Positions 22,086 to 29,828 of a stretch of DNA of 64,000 nt are shown piece by piece (positions within the stretch are counted from its first letter, which is position 1; every line of letters starts with the position of its first letter). Both the position numbers and the translations under genes were made by a program. This stretch comes from Candidatus Bathyarchaeota archaeon (GTDB taxonomy: Archaea > Thermoproteota > Bathyarchaeia > Bathyarchaeales > Bathycorpusculaceae): positions 64,001 through 128,000 of the forward strand of contig CAVYHV010000009.1 of assembly GCA_963768425.1 (NCBI GenBank). Direction: 5' to 3'. The notes below the pieces were generated by a model. It saw only the letters and a program-made list of their open reading frames with translations, was not told where the DNA came from and made no database searches.

Positions 22086-22712
22086 TTATAGTTCTTTTTT
22101 GAAGTAATGTTCAAGTAGCCTTCTTGTTCCTCTGCGAATGATCTCAGACAATGTCGCAGGGCTAATCCCTAGTTTAGCAGCCAACTCCACCATTCCGACT
22201 TGGCGTGGATAATCGAAGAAGCCGCTTTTCAGTGCAAGCCAAAAGATCCTTTCCTGATTCTCGGTCAAAACGCCAATTTGCTGCTCGAACTTGCCTACTT
22301 TTAGAATCTTTACGCTGTGATGGGTTTTTTCTAAATCAGCTATTATGCCTTTGTAGGCTTCGGGAGTTGGCACCATGAAACTGTAAGTTATGATATCGTC
22401 TTGCATGCTTTTGCCTGAAACCAAGAAAGCGTCGTGGGAAAGGATTGTGTTGCAGACTTCGCAGCCTTCGCTTTCCAGCCAAACCGCTGATTTTCCTTCA
22501 ACATGTCCTTTAGCGGCAAGCTCATGGGGAACCCTGCGTGCCTGCTCTTCGCCAACATCCATTAGGTGCCTGACTGACCCGCTGCTGGAACTGCGCACAT
22601 CAACTACTTTCATGTGCACAAACCCGAGGGTAGCAAGCTTCTTCACCATTTTGCAGTGCTTGTTCTCAACTTCAATCACGACATGGTACGGTTCACGCCA
22701 AGCATCAACCAC
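22086..22712 (-). CDS. HTH_10 (bacterio-opsin activator-like) transcription regulator
   Basis: LTENQ...ALKSGFFDYPR...LAAKLGISPATLSEIIRRG. Confidence 0.88.
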   Translation of the reverse strand: MVDAWREPYHVVIEVENKHCKMVKKLATLGFVHMKVVDVRSSSSGSVRHLMDVGEEQARRVPHELAAKGHVEGKSAVWLESEGCEVCNTILSHDAFLVSGKSMQDDIITYSFMVPTPEAYKGIIADLEKTHHSVKILKVGKFEQQIGVLTENQERIFWLALKSGFFDYPRQVGMVELAAKLGISPATLSEIIRRGTRRLLEHYFKKEL

Positions 22713-22989
22713 AGCTTATCAACCTTAAGTTTAGATAACGGAAAAACCTGAAGTTAAAGATAGTTGCCTAAAGGAAGAGGAATTCTGACAGTTCAGGTTC
22801 ATTTGCTTTTCGTGATGATTTTACATCTCAAACAATAGCTATTCTTTAAGGGCGCTTTCTTTCTGCCCGACTATCCGATCGGTTCACTGTATGCTTCAAA
22901 GGGGCTTGCCTAGATGAACCTAATGGAACTTGTCATTAAAGCGAAAAAGTCGAAAGTCGAAAAGTAAATTAGGAGTAAACAACAAAGAA

Positions 22990-23135
22990 GAAGTGGAAGA
23001 TTTTGTTCTTTGTTTTTTGGGTTGTTTTTTTGGTTTGGGGCTTGGATAGGTTGCAACTGGTCTCCCAAAACATCTCGAAACATCTTAAAACATCTTAAAA
23101 CATCCCAAAACATCCCAAAAAGTCGCAGGGGAATA
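22990..23135 (-). repeat. dispersed phased-repeat element, copy B
   Basis: Five exact-period CATCYYRAAA decamers (23071-23120) plus the 37-bp core identical to copy A. Confidence 0.9.
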
Positions 23136-23184
23136 AGCGTTCAGAAGTGTGATTCAACTGGTTTTTCAACGTTTTTGGAGTCAG

Positions 23185-23332
23185 ATTTTTTTGTTTGCGG
23201 TTTGGGTTGCTTTTTTGTGGAGAAGATTGAATAATCTGCAGGCTCCGTCATTTAAAGTCCATTACCGTCCTTTACCGTCCTTTAAAGTCTATAGAAGTCC
23301 ATTAAAGTCCTTTACCGTCTTCTAACGTCAAA
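23185..23332 (-). repeat. dispersed phased-repeat element, copy G
   Basis: GTC at 23247, 23257 ... 23327 (nine units, exact 10-bp period). Minus-strand core GACGGAGCCTGCAGATTATTCAA...AAAAAAGCAACCCAAA. Confidence 0.85.
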
Positions 23333-23361
23333 AATAAAGTGGGAGCTAATGGTTTTGGCTT

Positions 23362-23470
23362 TGATTTTTCTTTGTGAAGTGGGTTGTTTTTCTCTTTTGG
23401 GGCTCAAAATGGTTTCAGGTCAAGACATTATTAAGTACTATTAGACATTCTTAGCCGAAATTAGACAATC
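23362..23470 (-). repeat. dispersed phased-repeat element, copy H
   Basis: TTAGAC-type decamers at 23421-23470. Minus-strand core GTCTTGACCTGAAACCATTTTGAGCCCC...AAAAACAACCC...ACAAAGAAAAAT. Confidence 0.7.
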
Positions 23471-23741
23471 TGCAATTAAAGGAATGAATTCATTCAGGTT
23501 AACTCAAAAGGAGGAAAAAACGATTCCATAATCTCTGATCTAGAAATACTGATAGATTAAAGGAAAGTAGATATCAAATTGCGCGGTGAATTTTAAATTT
23601 TAACTATTGCTAGTGAAATATTCTTTATTGGTTTTCTGCCCCGCTTCTATTTTGAAAGTGAACAAAAACAAACAAGCAACCATGAAAAAACCGTTGTCCA
23701 TAGCCTTCAACTTTTTTAGAAGGAGATTGCTGATTTTGAGT

Positions 23742-24983
23742 ATGCTCACTCCGATTTTTTGGCGCAGAAGAAAACTTTCGAATGGTCTGACCGTGCTGCT
23801 TTTTCCACACGAAAACGCGAATACGACGCAGCTTTCGATCGCTGTTGAATACGGGTCGAACCAGGAGCCTGAAGAAATCGCCGGATCAGCCCATTTCCTT
23901 GAACATATGCTTGCAGGAGGTTCGGCAAAACGAATCCAGCTATCGCGAAGCATTGAGGATTCCGGCGGAATTTTGGATTTCTACACTGAACGCGAATACA
24001 TGATGGCGACAATGAGTATCCTTCCAGAAACGCTACCTGAAGCCTCCGTTGTCATGTCCAAGCTTCTTTTAAATAACGCCTTTGAGAAAGAAAAATTCAG
24101 CCAAGAACGGAAAATAATTCTTAACGAGTTAGCTGAAGCGTCCGATGACCCAACAGAAAAAGTCGAAGAACTACTTCTGAAAAATCTGTTTAAGATACAT
24201 CCCATAAAGCGCCCAGTAGGAGGTTTTCCAAAAACAATAAAGCGATTAACCTTAGATCAAGTAATCAAAGCGCATGACGCAAATTATTTTCCACAAAACA
24301 TGGTCTTGATCTTGACGGGTAACTTCTCTGGAAAAACCTATAAAAAGGCTTTTGAAGAATTCGAAAATAAACCTGCTGGGGAAACACTTCAAAAAAAGTC
24401 TTATTCTGTTGAATCAGCTAAACCTAAACCAATTGACGTTAAGAAAAAAGCAGGATTGACTCAAACGTACTTGAGTATTGGTGCAAGGACCGTTTTTTCA
24501 AGCCACAAAGATGTACCAACGTTAGACTTGATTAGTGCAATCCTTAGCGGAGGTGCGGGTTCACGACTATTTATAGAGTTGAGAGAAAAGAACGCGTTCA
24601 CTTATGACGTTCAATCGGACCATAACGAGGGCTTAGATTGGGGTTACTTCAACGTTAACTGCGCCGTGAAAAACAAAAATTTTGATAAGGCTAAAACCTT
24701 AATTTTCAAAGAATTATTAAAGTTGAGAACCGAAAAGGTACCGGTTGATGAAATACAAAGAGGCAAAAACCTAATCACAGCAGAAATTCTCAGGGCAATG
24801 GACAACCCGCAGCAATCATCCGATATACTCGCCTACATGGAAATACAATTCAAGAGCGAGAAATCGCTGGCAGACTACATTGATCACCTCAAGGCTGTAA
24901 CGAGCGAGAACATATTGGAAGCTGCCAACACTTACCTTCAAGAAGACTCCTTTTCAACAATTCTTCTTACTCCAAAAATATGA
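23742..24983 (+). CDS. M16 family zinc peptidase (pitrilysin-like)
   Basis: LSNGL, HFLEH (HxxEH), SRLFIELREK motifs. Likely start is ATG 23742. Confidence 0.92.
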   Translation: MLTPIFWRRRKLSNGLTVLLFPHENANTTQLSIAVEYGSNQEPEEIAGSAHFLEHMLAGGSAKRIQLSRSIEDSGGILDFYTEREYMMATMSILPETLPEASVVMSKLLLNNAFEKEKFSQERKIILNELAEASDDPTEKVEELLLKNLFKIHPIKRPVGGFPKTIKRLTLDQVIKAHDANYFPQNMVLILTGNFSGKTYKKAFEEFENKPAGETLQKKSYSVESAKPKPIDVKKKAGLTQTYLSIGARTVFSSHKDVPTLDLISAILSGGAGSRLFIELREKNAFTYDVQSDHNEGLDWGYFNVNCAVKNKNFDKAKTLIFKELLKLRTEKVPVDEIQRGKNLITAEILRAMDNPQQSSDILAYMEIQFKSEKSLADYIDHLKAVTSENILEAANTYLQEDSFSTILLTPKI

Positions 24984-25049
24984 GTCCCTGTTTTATGTAG
25001 CGTCAAGGCAGAAAAAATAGCTTCAAAAACAGTGTTAATTTAGGGTGCC

Positions 25050-25272
25050 GCTTGGCAGTTTACTCTTCTGCCTAAAAGGATGCTCAGAAACGCACATTTG
25101 GGAGCCTAAGCCCCATAGAACGGATCCGAAAGCAGAGCCATATCATGACAGCAGATTTACCTGCCAAACGACTCGGTTTGATCGCTGAATATCTCCTACG
25201 GGATAGCGAGATTATAAAAATTTGTGGTAGTTCGCAATCAGTCACAAGTACCTGGCGAGTCTGCGCTGTCAC
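25050..25272 (+). ncRNA. candidate structured non-coding RNA of unknown family
   Basis: Long closing helix (25146-25165 with 25253-25271) and three internal hairpins. Wobble pairs read as G-U on the plus strand. Confidence 0.45.
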
Positions 25273-25312
25273 GGTTTAAGTATAAATAAGGCAGCCACGG
25301 TTTTCGTTACAT

Positions 25313-25651
25313 TTGGGTGAGCTAAAGTTGAATTTGGAAGAAATGAAGGCGCAAATTGAAGATTTGGTAATCGCTAAGGGGTTTTACAACAAACCCGAGG
25401 ACATTCCGAAGAAGCTCCTTTTCGCGTTCATCGAGCTAGGCGAAGCAAGCGACGCTTGGAAGAAAGGATTGCCAGAAGAGAAAATAGCTGAAGAGCTCAT
25501 CGACGTGATTTTTTATGTTTTGGATGCGAGCCGCTTAGCCTGCCCCAACACTGACATGGATGAAGCATTCGCAAAGAAACTTGCGAAAAACCTTGGCCGA
25601 CCCTTCCAGTACGGGGAAGGCCACCGCGTCAAAGCTCCTGAAGAGAAATAA
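25313..25651 (+). CDS. MazG-like nucleotide pyrophosphohydrolase
   Basis: ELGEASDA...EELIDVIFY motifs. Confidence 0.85.
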   Translation: MGELKLNLEEMKAQIEDLVIAKGFYNKPEDIPKKLLFAFIELGEASDAWKKGLPEEKIAEELIDVIFYVLDASRLACPNTDMDEAFAKKLAKNLGRPFQYGEGHRVKAPEEK

Positions 25652-25740
25652 AAAGGTTAAGCTTCTTAAGAGAAATGTAATTAGAAATTAAACGTAAAAT
25701 GTTTATTATAACTGGATTGTCAATATCTTCTGGGTCGTTC

Positions 25741-26601
25741 ATGGGGTACCATCCGCAGACTAAGTCGCCTCGAAGCTCTAAGCGAGGATACAAACCTCCG
25801 TATGGAAAAGACAAAGACCGGAAACGGAAGAGCAATTCTTCAGAAAATTCTACGCTTGAAAAGCGTGTTGCTTCTCTGAAAGAAGTTTCGGACAAAACTC
25901 TGCAGCAATTGCGTGTTTTGGGAAACCAGAAATTTGGTTCTTCTCCGTTCAGTGAGCACTTCGACCGTTGGCTACTAGACATCACAGAGGTCCTATCCGA
26001 GTTCGAATCAAACCCAAACGTGAACGCAGATGACGAGTTCGTAATGGAACGCTCACAAATACTCTCTGCTGTCAATGTTGAACTCGAGCAGAGGCGCAAT
26101 ACTGAGGCCTCGCTTGATGACGCTGCCAAAAAACTATTGATTAACAAAAACCTTCTAGCTCGAATTAACGCCGACTACGTTTCCAAGATGAGCGAGATTA
26201 GTGGGCAAAAAAACAGTAAAATCAGGCGTTTGTACCGCAATATCGATGATCTAAAAAAAGAGCTGGATGACGTGATCCGGATGAAAGCTGGTCTCTTCAG
26301 AGGCATCTCCAAGAAGAATAGGGAACAAAAGGAGACTGAAAAAACCCAGAAATTGATCACCATTCAAAGAGAACTTGAATTAACCATGCTAGAATTCACT
26401 GAAGCAAAAGAAAGACTCCGTGATGAATACGAAAAAAATAGACAGCCGGTAATCGAGCAACTAAGAGACTGGCAAAAAAAGATCGAGATTCTCGAGTCCG
26501 ACGGTTCGCGGGAAGACAGATGGTTTGCATGCGACTCTCTCGTAGAAGCAGTGAATGCACTCCTACAAAGAAAAACGCTCAAGTTCCATAAGCCTGTTTA
26601 G
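25741..26601 (+). CDS. coiled-coil hypothetical protein
   Basis: Long ORF rich in heptad E/K/L/R. Confidence 0.75.
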   Translation: MGYHPQTKSPRSSKRGYKPPYGKDKDRKRKSNSSENSTLEKRVASLKEVSDKTLQQLRVLGNQKFGSSPFSEHFDRWLLDITEVLSEFESNPNVNADDEFVMERSQILSAVNVELEQRRNTEASLDDAAKKLLINKNLLARINADYVSKMSEISGQKNSKIRRLYRNIDDLKKELDDVIRMKAGLFRGISKKNREQKETEKTQKLITIQRELELTMLEFTEAKERLRDEYEKNRQPVIEQLRDWQKKIEILESDGSREDRWFACDSLVEAVNALLQRKTLKFHKPV

Positions 26602-26737
26602 AGATCTCTATCAAGGGAAATCACTGAAGGAGAAAGCAACCAGCAAAAAAGGCAACCTAAAGCAAGTTGTTTATTGGAAAGGAAATCATGTTTACTTTGC
26701 AGAATCCTAAGAAAGCAAATACCTAAAAGGGCAATTA

Positions 26738-27217
26738 ATGAACAAAACCCCAAAACCGAACGAAAAACCCGAAAAAACGGAGTTCACTCACCCAATAAAC
26801 CTGCGATTAGAATGCATCAAATGCGGCTTATGCTGCGGCGATACTGAGAAAAAGACAAGGCACATTTTGCTTCTGAAAGACGAAACTGAAAAGATTGCGC
26901 TCCAAACAGGTCAACCTACAAATGTTTTTTCAGTTGAAGCGTTGGGCAAATACCCATATGTTTACGAGATGAAGAAATCAAATGAAGGAAAATGCGTATT
27001 CCTAAAAGATAATCAATGCATCATTTACCCCAAAAGACCGCTAATCTGCATTTTTTACCCGTTTGAACTAAAATTCAACGAGGAAAAAGATGCCCATGTT
27101 TTTGATTTTACGGTTGAGTGCCCGGGAATAAATAAAGGAAAATTGCTGAAGAAAGATGACTTCAAAAAACTATACGATACAGCTCAGGAAAGGTTAGCTC
27201 AAAAAAATTCTTGTTAA
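26738..27217 (+). CDS. YkgJ-family cysteine-cluster protein
   Basis: CIKCGLCC, CVFL, CIIY..RPLIC..YPF, CPG. Confidence 0.88.
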   Translation: MNKTPKPNEKPEKTEFTHPINLRLECIKCGLCCGDTEKKTRHILLLKDETEKIALQTGQPTNVFSVEALGKYPYVYEMKKSNEGKCVFLKDNQCIIYPKRPLICIFYPFELKFNEEKDAHVFDFTVECPGINKGKLLKKDDFKKLYDTAQERLAQKNSC

Positions 27218-27678
27218 AGCTGGTGCAGAATGTCGTTTTGTTCAAGTATCACGCCGCAGTAATGGCATTTTAAGGCTAGAGGTTCTTCACTTTTGACATA
27301 GAATTTTGGGATTGCGGGTTCATCACTGTTGCTTATGCAACAGGGATTTGAGCACTTAACTATACCTTCTATGACATGGGGTAGCTTAACCTCCACTTTT
27401 TCGACAACTTTGTAGTTGCGGACAATGTTGATTGAAGCGCGCGGAGCCACCAGGGCTATGCGGTTGACTTCCTGCGGGTTTATCGCTCTGCCCTCAATCT
27501 TCACGATGTCTTTGGCTCCGAAACGTTTGCTTGCAACGTTGATGGCTATTGTGATGACTAGTTTTTCCTTGCCCGTTATCCCCAGGATCTTGATGACGTC
27601 CAAGGCGTATCCGCTTCGGATGTGGTCAATTACCGTGCCATCTTTAATTTTTGAAACTCTAAGATCCATGTAGCTCAT
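27214..27678 (-). CDS. pyrI: aspartate carbamoyltransferase regulatory subunit
   Basis: IKDGTVIDHI, KDIVKIE, CSNPCCIS, CHYC. Confidence 0.95.
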   Translation of the reverse strand: MSYMDLRVSKIKDGTVIDHIRSGYALDVIKILGITGKEKLVITIAINVASKRFGAKDIVKIEGRAINPQEVNRIALVAPRASINIVRNYKVVEKVEVKLPHVIEGIVKCSNPCCISNSDEPAIPKFYVKSEEPLALKCHYCGVILEQNDILHQL

Positions 27679-27816
27679 AGAAAGCTCCAGATAAGAGGGA
27701 ATGCACAAGGTACAAATAAGATTTTATGTTAAATGTGCCCGCGATATTTTAGACAACTAAGTTGCGACGGCTTTTAGAAACGATTTTTCCGATTCGTTAT
27801 TTCCCTTTTATCCCGG

Positions 27817-28788
27817 CTAAGGCAACGTCAGGTTCCCCGCCACTCGGAGCTTCGCCCCCTCCAGATACATCAATACCGCCTTGTCATTCGGGCGATGGAT
27901 AAGCGGTTTATCTAGAGTCAATGTTAGGGTTGGTTTTCTCCATTCGCCCGATTCGCTGACGGTTTCGACCTTGGCGGTTACGAACTGGGTCCAATAGCCG
28001 ATATGCATGACCATTCCTTGCTTTATGGGTGTCTGCCAATATTTCACAAGGGTTGCGTGAGTTTCCAGCTTGGACGAAGCCTTAATCGATGCGTCATTAG
28101 TCAAAACCACGCCGCGATCCAAATCTTCGACCTCGATGTTTTTCAAAGCAAGTCCCACTCGGTCTCCCTCACCGGCAACATCAAACTCGTCATCATGCTT
28201 CTGTATTGAACGAACTTGCGCCGATTTCCCACCTGGCAACGCATTGAGGATTTCATGTTTCTGAATTGCGCCGTAAACAACCATGCCGAGCACGACGACG
28301 CCTACGCCTTTGACATTAAAGGAGTGGTCAACTGGAACGGTTCCAATGGCTTTTTGCCCATCTGAATATTCGGTGGTTTTTTGTTTTGAGGCTTCTATCA
28401 AAAGCTGTTCTCTTAGGAAATTGGAATCGTCGTTTGCGAACTCGAAATTTTCAAGGATTGTTCCTTTGACAAGCGATTCGATTTTTTCTTTAGGAATGTA
28501 GTTTCTCAATATGAAGTAGCCTGTTTTGATGTCTGAGCATTGAAGCATTACTAAGCATTCCCCGAAGGTGGCATCTATTTGGTCAACAACGACAATAGCT
28601 TTCTTCGAGAGCGAAACAGCGTAGAAAAGGGGGGCAAGCCTTTCAGGGTACCTCTCGGGCTCAATCAGAGTCACGGTGTCTTCACCTTTCTTAAGGTTGT
28701 AGAATGTGATGTCTGTTGATGTTCCTTTCTTGCCGATGCTTCCTGCGTACCCTAAAGCGCCAAGAACGGCGACCGTTACGTTTCCCAT
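27817..28788 (-). CDS. archaeal EF-Tu/SelB-like protein with degenerate G domain
   Basis: GKKGTSTDIT, VDHSFNVKGVG, VRSIQKHD, GDRVGLALK, DLDRG. No canonical P-loop. Confidence 0.8.
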   Translation of the reverse strand: MGNVTVAVLGALGYAGSIGKKGTSTDITFYNLKKGEDTVTLIEPERYPERLAPLFYAVSLSKKAIVVVDQIDATFGECLVMLQCSDIKTGYFILRNYIPKEKIESLVKGTILENFEFANDDSNFLREQLLIEASKQKTTEYSDGQKAIGTVPVDHSFNVKGVGVVVLGMVVYGAIQKHEILNALPGGKSAQVRSIQKHDDEFDVAGEGDRVGLALKNIEVEDLDRGVVLTNDASIKASSKLETHATLVKYWQTPIKQGMVMHIGYWTQFVTAKVETVSESGEWRKPTLTLTLDKPLIHRPNDKAVLMYLEGAKLRVAGNLTLP

Positions 28789-28837
28789 AATATCAAAGTC
28801 CTGTAAGGATTCAACGTATTGTGCCTCGCCTTAAAGA

Positions 28838-28887
28838 GGTTCTGTGAAGTCTCCGTCTAGAATGGGGTTCATGTGAAAAATCGTCTA
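28838..28887 (+). repeat. left terminal inverted repeat (50 bp)
   Basis: GGTTCTGTGAAGTCTCCGTCTAGAATGGGGTTCATGTGAAAAATCGTCTA. Confidence 0.95.
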
Positions 28888-28908
28888 GTGCCATTCTTTT
28901 TCTCTAAG

Positions 28909-29301
28909 CTAATGATAGTTTAGAATCACAATATTCGAAATAGTAATCAAAAAACAAACTAGTGGAAAAACCCATTTTCGCTGTGTTTTTATGTCATAAT
29001 CAAAAGCATAGACAAACCATAAGAAGAATGAACCAAAAACAGCCGTTGAAATCCCAAAATAATAGTTTAAATTTGACAGCATGAAGGCATCCATGTAAGG
29101 GGACAGCACATCAAACAAGATAACTAATGAAATTATCAGAAGGATAGAATAAAAGAAAAGATACCAGAATTTTATGAATTTATTATTAAAGAAAACTTTG
29201 CCAAAATGATGGCTTCTTATTGTAATTATGAAGTCGGAAATTATGGCTGAAACCATTGTGCCTAATACGAGAGCGGTGTAATGCACAATTTCCGTAATCA
29301 A
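28909..29301 (-). CDS. passenger: 4-TM membrane protein
   Basis: Four hydrophobic segments. GAGG upstream of a TTG start. Confidence 0.65.
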   Translation of the reverse strand: MITEIVHYTALVLGTMVSAIISDFIITIRSHHFGKVFFNNKFIKFWYLFFYSILLIISLVILFDVLSPYMDAFMLSNLNYYFGISTAVFGSFFLWFVYAFDYDIKTQRKWVFPLVCFLITISNIVILNYH

Positions 29302-29341
29302 GTCTCGTTATTTCCTCACGCTTTTTTCTAATAGAATTGCT

Positions 29342-29518
29342 ATGAAAACTTTAAGAAAAGTGGGGCTTATCTGGGTGCTTTGTTTTATCATGGGTTTGCT
29401 AGTCTTCGCTATCGGCGGTGTTATCTCTTTTTCTTTGCTTAGCCTTATAGGTTTTCTCATAATAGGTGTCGGTTTTGGTTTTCTTTTAGGCTTTGCATAT
29501 TCAAAGCAATACGCTTGA
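29342..29518 (+). CDS. passenger: 58-aa two-TM small membrane protein (below ORF-track cutoff)
   Basis: MKTLRKVGLIWVLCFIMGLLVFAIGGVISFSLLSLIGFLIIGVGFGFLLGFAYSKQYA*. Confidence 0.55.
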   Translation: MKTLRKVGLIWVLCFIMGLLVFAIGGVISFSLLSLIGFLIIGVGFGFLLGFAYSKQYA

Positions 29519-29524
29519 TGATTT

Positions 29525-29701
29525 TCACTTATTTTTAAGTATTTTAATTTGAATTGTAAGCTCTCCGCCTTCTGCTTTAATTTGCCAATCTAGTTTGTCA
29601 TCTTCGGTTAATCCGAATTGTTTTACTACGCTCATGGGTACTGTTGTTCTAAGGGATTCGCCTTTGTTTGTGGCTTTGTTTAAATAAGTTATATCTCCCA
29701 T
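29525..29701 (-). CDS. AbrB/MazE/SpoVT-family DNA-binding protein (58 aa, below ORF-track cutoff)
   Basis: MGDITYLNKATNKGESLRTTVPMSVVKQFGLTEDDKLDWQIKAEGGELTIQIKILKNK*. Has the SLRxTxPxxxxxxxGLxxxDxLxW signature and a GAGGT RBS. Confidence 0.8.
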   Translation of the reverse strand: MGDITYLNKATNKGESLRTTVPMSVVKQFGLTEDDKLDWQIKAEGGELTIQIKILKNK

Positions 29702-29828
29702 TTATTTTACCTCTTTTCAGGTATGCTTATGGTTAAGGCATTATATTAATCTTACCTATTCAATTACCTAAATATTTATAAGTGGGGTAAGTATATAGGT
29801 AAAATAGGTAACAAAGAAGGTAAGCACA
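29702..29828. promoter_or_regulatory. divergent promoter region with an array of inverted (A)GGTAA / TTACC(T) boxes
   Basis: Three TTACCT boxes left of the central AT-rich TATTTATAA and four GGTAA boxes right of it. Confidence 0.6.

Noticed and set aside
23061-23330. Decamer arrays as a CRISPR array
   Set aside because: Period is 10 bp with no 25-40 bp repeats or unique spacers, and there are no cas genes in the window.
25040-25100. Cobalamin riboswitch-like start (GGTGCC...TAAAAGGA)
   Set aside because: The downstream conserved elements (GGGAA, CCCGCAACTGT, B12 box) are absent.
29525-29701. AbrB/MazE gene as part of a toxin-antitoxin pair
   Set aside because: No co-oriented PIN or MazF toxin gene follows. 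The next ORF is a convergent membrane peptide.
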